Source of the DNA: Delftia acidovorans NBRC 14950
GTDB lineage: Bacteria; Pseudomonadota; Gammaproteobacteria; Burkholderiales; Burkholderiaceae_C
Direction: 5' to 3'
Assembly: GCF_001598795.1 (NCBI RefSeq)
Contig: NZ_BCZP01000001.1
Location: forward strand, 150,001-182,000
DNA length: 32,000 nt
Shown here one piece after another: positions 22,941 through 30,413 of the stretch; the first letter of the stretch is position 1, and each line of letters begins with the position of its first letter. The translations under genes and the position numbers were made by a program. Below the pieces are notes generated by a model. The model ran no database searches, was not told where the DNA came from, and saw only the letters and a list, made by a program, of their open reading frames with translations.

Positions 22941-24056
22941 TCAGGCAAACACGCCGGCCGTGTCCTGCATCTTCGCGGAGACGATGCCCAGGTGATGCAG
23001 GGTGTCACCGCCCGTCATCTCCATCTGCGTCAGGCGCTTGAAGTAGTGGCTGCCCGCGTACTCGTCGGTCACGCCGATGCCGCCGTGCAGCTGGACCGAC
23101 TGCTGGCCGACAAAACGCAGCGACTGGCCCAGCTGGACCTTGGCGCGCGCGATGGCCACGTGGCGCTCGGCATCGGCCGCGCTCATCTTGAGGCTGGCGT
23201 AATAGCTCATGGAGCGGGCCAGCTCCAGCTGCATCTTCATGTCGGCCACGCGGTGGCGCAGGGCCTGGAAGCTGGCGATCACCGTGTTGAACTGCTTGCG
23301 CTGGTTCATGTACTCGGTGGTCAGCTTCAGCGTCTGCTCCATGGCGCCCACGCCTTCGGCGCACAGCGCGGCGTTGGCGGCGTCCTGGGCCAGCGTGAGG
23401 GCGGCCAGGCCATCGGCCGTCACCAGCGTGGCGGGGGCCGCCTGGCAGCGTAGTTCGGCCGCGCGGCTGCCGTCCTGGGTGCGGTAGCCCTGGGTGCTGA
23501 CGCCGCTGGCGCCGCGCTCCACCAGGAAGAGGGCGATCTTGCCATCCAGCTGGGCTGGCACCAGAAAGGCGTCGGCCGCGTCGCCTGCGGGCACCACGCT
23601 CTTGGTGGCATCCACCGTGTAGCCGCTGCCGCTTTTGCTGGCCTTGGCGGCACAGACATCGAGGCGGTAGCGGGCCTGGCGCTCCTGGTGTGCCAGCACG
23701 ACCAGGGCCTCGCCGCTGGCCACGCGCGGCAGCCACTGGCCGGCCAGGGTGGCGTCGGCATGTTTGCCGAGCACGCCGGCTGCCACAAAGGCCTGCGCCA
23801 GCGGCTCCATCACCAGGCCGCGGCCCAACTCCTCCATCACCACCATCACGTCGGTGGCGCCCAGGCCCAGGCCGCCGTGCTCCTCGGGCACGGTCAAGGC
23901 CGTCAGGCCCAGTTCGGCGAGCTCGCCCCAGACCTCGCGCGAAAAACCGCCCGCCTCGACGATGGAGCGGCGGCGCTCGAAGGTATAGCCCTTGTCCACC
24001 CAGCGGCGCACGGCGTCGCGCAGTTGCTGCTGGTCATCCGAAAAATCAAAGTCCAT
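22941..24056 (-). CDS. Acyl-CoA dehydrogenase family protein (second gene of a pair; appears to lack a catalytic Glu)
   Basis: 371 aa with the ACAD fold pattern (MDFDFSDDQQQLRDAVRRW..., ...HGGIGVTDEYAGSHYFKRL). GGGAGA SD lies upstream of ATG 24056. The C-terminal motif reads EMTGGDTL instead of IYEGT. Confidence 0.88.
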   Translation of the reverse strand: MDFDFSDDQQQLRDAVRRWVDKGYTFERRRSIVEAGGFSREVWGELAELGLTALTVPEEHGGLGLGATDVMVVMEELGRGLVMEPLAQAFVAAGVLGKHADATLAGQWLPRVASGEALVVLAHQERQARYRLDVCAAKASKSGSGYTVDATKSVVPAGDAADAFLVPAQLDGKIALFLVERGASGVSTQGYRTQDGSRAAELRCQAAPATLVTADGLAALTLAQDAANAALCAEGVGAMEQTLKLTTEYMNQRKQFNTVIASFQALRHRVADMKMQLELARSMSYYASLKMSAADAERHVAIARAKVQLGQSLRFVGQQSVQLHGGIGVTDEYAGSHYFKRLTQMEMTGGDTLHHLGIVSAKMQDTAGVFA

Positions 24057-24125
24057 TTTCTGTCTCCCGAAGCTGATCGAAGCGCGTCCGGCGCACTTCC
24101 GGGTTCAGCGAAACTCCAGCCAAAA

Positions 24126-25307
24126 TCAGCCCAGCACCGTCTGCGCGACGATGTTTCTTTGCACCTCGTTGGAGCCGCCGTAGATCGTCGTCTTGCGCAT
24201 GTTGAAGTACGTCGATGCCAGCGGCGCGTTGTCCACCACGCCGCCGGGGAAGTCGCCCTGCCAGCCGGCTTCCATGGCCTCTTCGATGAAGGGCAGGCTG
24301 AAGGGGCCGGCGGCCTGCATCATCAACTCGGAGTAGCGCTGCTGAATCTCGCTGCCCTTGATCTTGAGCAGGCCTGCGATGTCCAGCGGGTTCTTGCCCG
24401 ATTTCTCGGCCGACAGCACACGCAGCACCAGCATTTCCAGCGCGACCACATCGACTTCGAGCTTGGCGATCTCATCGCGGAAACGCTGGTCCTCGTAGAC
24501 GCCTTCGGCCTTGGCGATGCGCTTGAGGCGCTCCAGCTCGCGCTTGGCGCGGTTCACGTCGGCGATGTTGGTGCGCTCGTGGCTCAACAGGTGCTTGGCG
24601 TAGGTCCAGCCCTTGTTTTCCTCGCCGATCAGGTTCTCGGCCGGCACCTCGACGTTGTCGAAGAAGACCTCGTTGACCTCGCACTCGCCATCGAGCAGCT
24701 TGATGGGGCGCACGGTCACGCCGGGGCTCTTCATGTCCACCAGCAGGAAGCTGATGCCGGTCTGGGGCTTGCCCTCATTGCTGGTGCGCACCAGGCAGAA
24801 GATCCACTCGCCGTACTGGCCCAGCGTGGTCCAGGTCTTCTGGCCGTTGACGATGTACTTGTCGCCCACGCGCTCGGCACGGGTCTTGAGGCTGGCCAGG
24901 TCCGATCCCGAGCCCGGCTCCGAGTAGCCCTGGCTCCACCAGACCTCGCCGCTGGCAATGCCGGGCAGAAAGCGCTGCTGCTGCTCGGGCGAGCCGTAGG
25001 CCATGATCACGGGCGCCACCATCACGGGGCCGAAGGGAATGATGCGCGGGGCGCAGGCCAGGGCGCATTCCTCCTCGAACAGATGCTTTTGCACGGCCGT
25101 CCAGCCGGGGCCGCCGAACTGCTTGGGCCAGCCGTAGCCCAGCCAGCCTTTCTTGCCAAGAATCTTGGCCCAGTTCTGCAGGTCGTCGCGCGTCAGGCGC
25201 AGCGAATGGCGCACCTTGTGCGCGATGTCCTGGGGCAGGTTGGCCCGCACCCAGGCGCGGACTTCCTCGCGAAAGGACTGTTCTTCAGGGGTAAATGCCA
25301 GGTCCAT
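24126..25307 (-). CDS. Acyl-CoA dehydrogenase (first gene of a pair)
   Basis: MDLAFTPEEQSFREEVRAWV..., WWSQGYSEPGSGSDLASL, KTWTT, ...TIYGGSNEVQRNIVA. AAGGAGA SD lies 7 nt upstream of ATG 25307. The track start at 25343 is an extension. Confidence 0.92.
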   Translation of the reverse strand: MDLAFTPEEQSFREEVRAWVRANLPQDIAHKVRHSLRLTRDDLQNWAKILGKKGWLGYGWPKQFGGPGWTAVQKHLFEEECALACAPRIIPFGPVMVAPVIMAYGSPEQQQRFLPGIASGEVWWSQGYSEPGSGSDLASLKTRAERVGDKYIVNGQKTWTTLGQYGEWIFCLVRTSNEGKPQTGISFLLVDMKSPGVTVRPIKLLDGECEVNEVFFDNVEVPAENLIGEENKGWTYAKHLLSHERTNIADVNRAKRELERLKRIAKAEGVYEDQRFRDEIAKLEVDVVALEMLVLRVLSAEKSGKNPLDIAGLLKIKGSEIQQRYSELMMQAAGPFSLPFIEEAMEAGWQGDFPGGVVDNAPLASTYFNMRKTTIYGGSNEVQRNIVAQTVLG

Positions 25308-25396
25308 GGACTGTGTCTCCTTCAATCCCGGCTTTTGTAGCACGCACGTTCTTTTTTGGACTGTCCAGGGCGTGACAACCTATGGCAATCCCTGAT

Positions 25397-25437
25397 GCAA
25401 CAAGCCCCGGGCGGCGGGGCCGTCCGGGGCTTGTTGC
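25397..25437. other. Long perfect inverted repeat (14-bp arms) just downstream of yceH
   Basis: gcaacaagccccgg (25397-25410) and ccggggcttgttgc (25424-25437) are separated by a 13-nt GC-rich loop. There is no flanking T-tract on either strand. Confidence 0.6.
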
Positions 25438-25460
25438 TGGGGCCGCCTGAGCGCAGGCGA

Positions 25461-26141
25461 TCAGCTGGATTGGCCGGGCTCCTCCAGCCCCAACTGTGCA
25501 TAGACATGCGCAAGACGTGCCTGCAATTGCTGTACTTGGGCTTCGAGATCGACCACGCGCTGGGCCAGGGCATCGCCGCGTGCGCCTGCTGCAGCGGGGG
25601 GCTGGGCCATGGCGTTCGCGTCCACGGGGCCGCACAGCAGATGGGCCCAGCGCTGCTCGCGTGCGCCAGGCGCGCGTGGCAGCAGCACGACCAGCGGGCC
25701 GCCTTTTTCCTCGCTGCGTTCGCGCAGCTCTTCCAGGAACGCTTCGACCGATGAGATGTCGGCGAAGCGGTGCCAGCGCTCGGAGTTGATGCGCAGCTCG
25801 CCCGCCGTCTGCGGGCCGCGCAGCATCAACAGGGACAGCAGCACGGCGCTCTGGTCGGGCACCCCCACGCCGCGCGGGAAGTTGTGCTCCCAGCGCGTGG
25901 CGCGCGCGCTGCTGATCTGTACGGACATGGTGCGCAGGCGCAGGCTGTCCAGCGCTTCCTGGGCCTCGCCTTCGCTGACTTCCATCACCGGATCACGGCT
26001 GCTTTTCTGGTTGCAGCCCGTGACCAGTGCGTTGAGCGTGAGCGGATAGCTGTCGGGCACGGTGCGCGCCTTCTCCATCAGGGTGGCCAGCACGCGGGCT
26101 TCGACAGCGGTCAGGGGGGTGGAGCGGGGATCGAATGGCAT
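25461..26141 (-). CDS. yceH: DUF480 (YceH) family protein
   Basis: [44 protein letters not shown]...[14 protein letters not shown] matches the YceH/DUF480 winged-helix-repeat signature. Start set at ATG 26141 (MPFDPRS). Confidence 0.82.
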   Translation of the reverse strand: MPFDPRSTPLTAVEARVLATLMEKARTVPDSYPLTLNALVTGCNQKSSRDPVMEVSEGEAQEALDSLRLRTMSVQISSARATRWEHNFPRGVGVPDQSAVLLSLLMLRGPQTAGELRINSERWHRFADISSVEAFLEELRERSEEKGGPLVVLLPRAPGAREQRWAHLLCGPVDANAMAQPPAAAGARGDALAQRVVDLEAQVQQLQARLAHVYAQLGLEEPGQSS

Positions 26142-26239
26142 GGGGGTCTGGACGGAAGAGGTGACAAGGCCCGGCAGGGCCATGGGCCTTGCCGGGGCTG
26201 GCGCAGGCCGCGCGGCCTGCGGTGCGACAATCGCCGCCC

Positions 26240-26818
26240 ATGAAAAATATCGTGATCCTGATCTCGGGCGGCGGCTCGAACATGGCTGCCATTGTGCGTG
26301 CTTCGCAGCAACAGGACTGGGCGCGGCGTTACGGCGCCCGCGTGGCCGCCGTGGTCAGCAACAAGGCCGAGGCCTCGGGCCTTGTTTTCGCGCGCGAGCA
26401 AGGCATTGCCACCGAGGTGCTGGACCACCGCCCGTTTCCCAGCCGCGAGGCGTTTGACGCCGAGCTGGCCCAGGTGATCGACCGCCACGCGCCTTCGCTG
26501 ATCGTGCTGGCCGGCTTCATGCGCATCCTCACGCCGGGCTTCGTGGCGCATTACGAGGGGCGCATGATCAACATCCACCCCTCGCTGCTGCCCGCCTTCA
26601 CGGGTCTGCACACGCACCAGCGGGCGATCGATGCAGGCTGCCGCTTTGCCGGCTGCACCGTGCACCGCGTTACGGCCGAGCTGGATGTGGGCCCCATCCT
26701 GGAGCAGGCCGTGGTGCCCGTGCTGCCCGGCGACACGGCCCAGGCGCTGGCCGCGCGCGTGCTTGTGCAGGAGCACCTCATCTACCCGCGCGCGGTGGCG
26801 CAGTTGATGCGGGGCTAG
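26240..26818 (+). CDS. purN: Phosphoribosylglycinamide formyltransferase
   Basis: [64 protein letters not shown]. These are canonical PurN motifs, including the N-H-D catalytic context. Confidence 0.93.
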   Translation: MKNIVILISGGGSNMAAIVRASQQQDWARRYGARVAAVVSNKAEASGLVFAREQGIATEVLDHRPFPSREAFDAELAQVIDRHAPSLIVLAGFMRILTPGFVAHYEGRMINIHPSLLPAFTGLHTHQRAIDAGCRFAGCTVHRVTAELDVGPILEQAVVPVLPGDTAQALAARVLVQEHLIYPRAVAQLMRG

Positions 26819-26825
26819 GGTCTGC

Positions 26826-27098
26826 TCACAGGCCCTCGCTCTGAAAGGCCTGCTGCTCCACTTCGGGGCAGCGTGCAAAGCGGGGCTGCTCCACGCCGTC
26901 GATGACCACGGTTTCATTGAACATGGCGGCAGGCCGCACCCACAGGCCGCGCTCGCCGTAGAGCGCGCGATACAGCGTCATGGACTCGCGCGTTTCGCTG
27001 TGGCGCACGGTGGCGAGCACTTCGTAGAGTGCGCCCTTGTAGTGGCGGTACAGGCCCGGGGGAGTGGGGATCAGGGGAGGCAGGTCGTCATCGGTCAT
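26826..27098 (-). CDS. DUF1653 domain protein
   Basis: 90 aa from ATG 27098. The core GLYRHYKGALYEVLATVRHSETRESMTLYRALYGERGLWVRPAAMFNE matches the DUF1653 pattern (YRHYKG..Y.V......SET.E..V.Y). Convergent with purN across a 7-bp gap. Confidence 0.7.
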   Translation of the reverse strand: MTDDDLPPLIPTPPGLYRHYKGALYEVLATVRHSETRESMTLYRALYGERGLWVRPAAMFNETVVIDGVEQPRFARCPEVEQQAFQSEGL

Positions 27099-27190
27099 GG
27101 GGCGCCATGGTAGCTGCGCCAGCCCGGCGTTGCTGCGGGTTCCGACCTGTGGCCCTCTCGGATTTGCAAGGCGGTGGGACAATTGCGCCC

Positions 27191-28519
27191 ATGCATCCCA
27201 AACAGCTTCTCGACGCCTGCGCCGAACTGGTCAAGCGCACCCTGACTTTCGAACACCCGGCCGACGCCGTGGTGTCACGCTTTTTCCGTGAAAACCGCAA
27301 CCTGGGCCCGCGCGAGCGTGCCGCGCTGGCCGAAACCGCCTACACCGTGCTGCGCAAGAAGCTGCTTTTTGAGAGCCTGGCACGTTCTGGCAGCGGCTCG
27401 CGCGAGCGCAGGCTGGCCATCCTGGGCTTTGCCCATAGCCAGGAAGCCCTGGCCCGCGTGGCCGGCAAGTCCGAGCAGGGTGTCAAGGAGGCGCTCGGCT
27501 TTGCGCGCGCAGCGCTGTCCCCCCAGGAACTGCAATGGCTGGACGCCTGCGATGCCGTGCGCCCCGATGAGCTGATGGAGCCGCACCGCCACAATCTGCC
27601 CGAGTGGCTGGTCGCACCGCTCAAGCAGCAGCTGGGCGAAGATTTCTGGGCCTTTGCCCAGAGCATGGAGCAGGCCGCACCGCTGGATCTGCGCGTCAAT
27701 GCGCTCAATGCCAAGCGCGCCGATGTGCAAAAGGAACTGGCCGATGCCGGCATCGCCGCCGAAGCCACGCCGTACTCGCCCTGGGGCCTGCGCGTGCAGG
27801 GCAAGCCTGCGCTGGCCCGGCTGGACGCCTTCACGCGCGGCGCCATCGAGGTGCAAGATGAAGGCTCCCAGCTGCTGGCGCTGATGCTGGACGCCAAGCG
27901 CGGCGAAATGGTGGTCGATTTCTGCGCCGGCGCAGGCGGCAAGACCCTGGCCATTGGCGCCTCCATGCGCAGCACGGGGCGCCTGTACGCCTTCGATGTG
28001 TCCGGCCACCGGCTCGAAGCCCTGAAGCCGCGCCTGGCGCGCTCGGGCCTGTCGAATGTGCACCCCGCGGCCATCGCCCATGAGCGCGACGACCGCGTCA
28101 AGCGCCTGGCCGGAAAGATCGACCGCGTGCTGGTCGATGCGCCCTGCTCGGGCCTGGGCACGCTGCGCCGCAATCCCGACCTCAAGTGGCGCCAGTCGGC
28201 CAAGGCCATCGAGGAGCTCACGCAAAAGCAGGCGGCCATCCTGGCCAGTGCAGCGCGCCTGGTCAAGCCGGGTGGGCGCCTGGTGTATGCCACCTGTTCG
28301 GTCCTGCCCCAGGAAAACGAAGCCATTGCCGAAGCCTTTGCAGCGGAGCACTCTGACTTCGTGGCCATGAATGCCGGCGAACTGCTGGCCCAGCTCAAGG
28401 TGGAGCACGGCGATGCGCTGTGCAGCGGCGGCGAGACCGGCACGCAGTACCTGCGCCTGTGGCCGCAGCGCCATGAGACGGATGGTTTTTTTGCCGCCGT
28501 TTGGACCCGGAAGCCGTAA
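27191..28519 (+). CDS. RsmB/NOP-family SAM-dependent RNA (cytosine-C5) methyltransferase with a NusB-like N-terminal domain
   Basis: N-terminal antitermination-like helices (RFFRENRNLGPRERAALAETAYTVLRKK). SAM motif I is VVDFCAGAGGKT, motif IV is VDAPCSGLGTLRRNPDLKW and motif VI is LVYATCSVLPQENE. Both catalytic cysteines are present. Orthology to 16S rRNA m5C967 RsmB specifically is not established. Confidence 0.88.
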   Translation: MHPKQLLDACAELVKRTLTFEHPADAVVSRFFRENRNLGPRERAALAETAYTVLRKKLLFESLARSGSGSRERRLAILGFAHSQEALARVAGKSEQGVKEALGFARAALSPQELQWLDACDAVRPDELMEPHRHNLPEWLVAPLKQQLGEDFWAFAQSMEQAAPLDLRVNALNAKRADVQKELADAGIAAEATPYSPWGLRVQGKPALARLDAFTRGAIEVQDEGSQLLALMLDAKRGEMVVDFCAGAGGKTLAIGASMRSTGRLYAFDVSGHRLEALKPRLARSGLSNVHPAAIAHERDDRVKRLAGKIDRVLVDAPCSGLGTLRRNPDLKWRQSAKAIEELTQKQAAILASAARLVKPGGRLVYATCSVLPQENEAIAEAFAAEHSDFVAMNAGELLAQLKVEHGDALCSGGETGTQYLRLWPQRHETDGFFAAVWTRKP

Positions 28520-28634
28520 CTTGCAGACGCAATAAGCTGTAAATCGCAGGAGATTGCCGAATGCCTTGGTAGGCGCATCGCCTAAAATTGAGGCATCGGT
28601 GCCACTGGGCGCCGCCTTGCCAAAGGCTTCGGTT

Positions 28635-29858
28635 ATGTCGCTGGATTTCGGATCGGTTTGGAACCTCGCCGTGGATTGGATGGCCCATGGCCTGTGGCAG
28701 CTGTCGTGGTGGCAGCTGCTGCTGTACGCCCTGGTCACCACCCACATCACCATTGCGGGCGTCACCATTTTCCTGCACCGCTGCCAGGCCCACCGCTCGC
28801 TGGACCTGGGGCCGGTTCCTTCGCACTTCTTCCGTTTCTGGCTGTGGCTGGGCACGGGCATGGTCACCAGGGAGTGGGTGGCCATCCACCGCAAACACCA
28901 CGCCAAGTGCGAAACCGAGGACGACCCCCACAGCCCGCAGACACGCGGCCTGGACACCGTGATGCGCCAGGGTGCGGAGCTGTACCGCGAAGAGGCGGCG
29001 AACGCCGAGACACTCAGGAAGTTCGGCCACGGCACGCCCGACGACTGGATCGAGCGCCATCTCTACAGCCGGCATTCGATCTGGGGCCCTTCGCTGATGC
29101 TGATCATCAATGTGCTGCTGTTTGGCGCCATCGGGCTGACGATCTGGGCCGTGCAGATGGTCTGGATTCCGTTCTGGGCTGCCGGCGTGGTCAACGGTCT
29201 GGGCCATTTCTGGGGCTACCGCAACTTCGAGGCCCAGGATGCCAGCACCAACCTCGTGCCCTGGGGCCTGATCATTGGCGGCGAGGAACTGCACAACAAC
29301 CACCATACCTACCCGACCTCGGCGAAGTTCTCGGTCAAGCGCTATGAGTTCGACGTGGGCTGGGTCTACATCAGCGCCATGCAGAAGCTGGGCTGGGCCA
29401 AGGTCAAGAAGACGGCGCCGCGGCTGATCATGGGCGCCGTCAAGCCCGTGGCCGACGAAAAGACGCTGGAGGCCGTGATCGCCAACCGCTACGAGGTCAT
29501 GGCCCGCTATGCGCGCGGCGTGCGCGCCGCCGTGCAGATCGAGCTCGATGCGCTCAAGCAGCGCAAGGCCCGGCAGGCCGACCTGTCCCTGCTCAAGACG
29601 GCGCGCCGCTGGCTGCACCGCGATGCCGACAAGGTGCCCGCCCAGGCGCAGGGGCAACTGGCCCAGGCGCGCGCAGCCCACCCCGTGCTCGACCAGATGC
29701 TGGTCATGCGCGAGGAGTTGCGTCAGCTGTGGCTGAACACCTCGCTGTCGCGCGAGCAACTGACGGCACATCTGCAGGCCTGGTGCCATCGCGCCGAGGC
29801 CAGCGGCATTGCCGCGCTCAAGGAGTTTTCCGTCAAGCTGCGCGCTGCCCACGCCTGA
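28635..29858 (+). CDS. Membrane fatty-acid (acyl-lipid/acyl-CoA) desaturase, Pseudomonas DesA-like
   Basis: Three histidine boxes are present: HRCQAH, HRKHH and HNNHH. The N-terminus has TM helices (WWQLLLYALVTTHITIAGVTIFL) and there is a helical C-terminal extension. Start set at ATG 28635; the track start at 28554 is TTG. Confidence 0.86.
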   Translation: MSLDFGSVWNLAVDWMAHGLWQLSWWQLLLYALVTTHITIAGVTIFLHRCQAHRSLDLGPVPSHFFRFWLWLGTGMVTREWVAIHRKHHAKCETEDDPHSPQTRGLDTVMRQGAELYREEAANAETLRKFGHGTPDDWIERHLYSRHSIWGPSLMLIINVLLFGAIGLTIWAVQMVWIPFWAAGVVNGLGHFWGYRNFEAQDASTNLVPWGLIIGGEELHNNHHTYPTSAKFSVKRYEFDVGWVYISAMQKLGWAKVKKTAPRLIMGAVKPVADEKTLEAVIANRYEVMARYARGVRAAVQIELDALKQRKARQADLSLLKTARRWLHRDADKVPAQAQGQLAQARAAHPVLDQMLVMREELRQLWLNTSLSREQLTAHLQAWCHRAEASGIAALKEFSVKLRAAHA

Positions 29859-30201
29859 GGCCGCGAAGCCAGCCGGCAACCGACCATGCCCGGGGCCGCA
29901 TCCCCTCTTCGGAGGCGATGCGGCTTTTTGCTGTGGGGCTCTGCCGCAGTTCCAGGCTTGCCATGGCCTGGGACAAGGAGCGGACCCGTATCTGCAGATC
30001 GGCGCCCGCACGCCAGCCCTGGCCCGGCTGCAGCCTGAGGGCCGGCGCGGGCACCCCATCCGCCCAGGCCTGTTGCGGGGCGGTGATTTCCAGCGGGCCG
30101 TGGCGGCAGAACAGTTCACTGCCCTCCAGCACATGCAGGTGAAGATCGTTGCCGGGGGCAAGATGGCGCAGTTCGAAGGAGCGGGTGTCGGCGTTGTGCA
30201 T
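29833..30201 (-). CDS. DUF2917-like small protein (hypothetical)
   Basis: From ATG 30201: MHNADTRSFELRHLAPGNDLHLHVLEGSELFCRHGPLEITAP...ALRLQPGQGWRAGADLQIRVRSL resembles the DUF2917 pattern as I recall it. The 3' ~100 nt read through the desaturase terminator hairpin and overlap the desaturase gene by 26 bp, so the C-terminal tail is doubtful. Confidence 0.45.
   Translation of the reverse strand: MHNADTRSFELRHLAPGNDLHLHVLEGSELFCRHGPLEITAPQQAWADGVPAPALRLQPGQGWRAGADLQIRVRSLSQAMASLELRQSPTAKSRIASEEGMRPRAWSVAGWLRGLRRGQRAA
29895..29929 (+). terminator. Rho-independent terminator after the desaturase gene
   Basis: Long interrupted hairpin gccgcatc-c-cctc-ttcg-gagg-c-gatgcggc (29895-29924) followed by T5 (29925-29929). 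Confidence 0.8.
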
Positions 30202-30413
30202 GGTCTGTGTCCTGTGATTCCAGGCCCTCAAGCGTAGGCATGCGGCCTTCATCGGCACAGGCACAGCCCGCGGCTTGTTGCATCGCAGCAGTGCAGATGG
30301 CGGTGGATCTGTTCTGCTTTGTGGTCGATGGATCTGTATCTGTTGCGTAACAGCGCCTTGCGGCAAGATCCCGGGCAAGTCCTCTCGTCCCCGATTCGTT
30401 GTCGATCTGTTCC
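30202..30413. promoter_or_regulatory. Divergent intergenic region with GATCTGT direct repeats (candidate MocR operator)
   Basis: GGATCTGT occurs at 30305 and 30330 (25-bp spacing), TCTGTT at 30339, and GATCTGTT at 30404 abutting the regulator start. An 11-bp palindrome, cttgc-g-gcaag, lies at 30356-30366. Confidence 0.35.
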
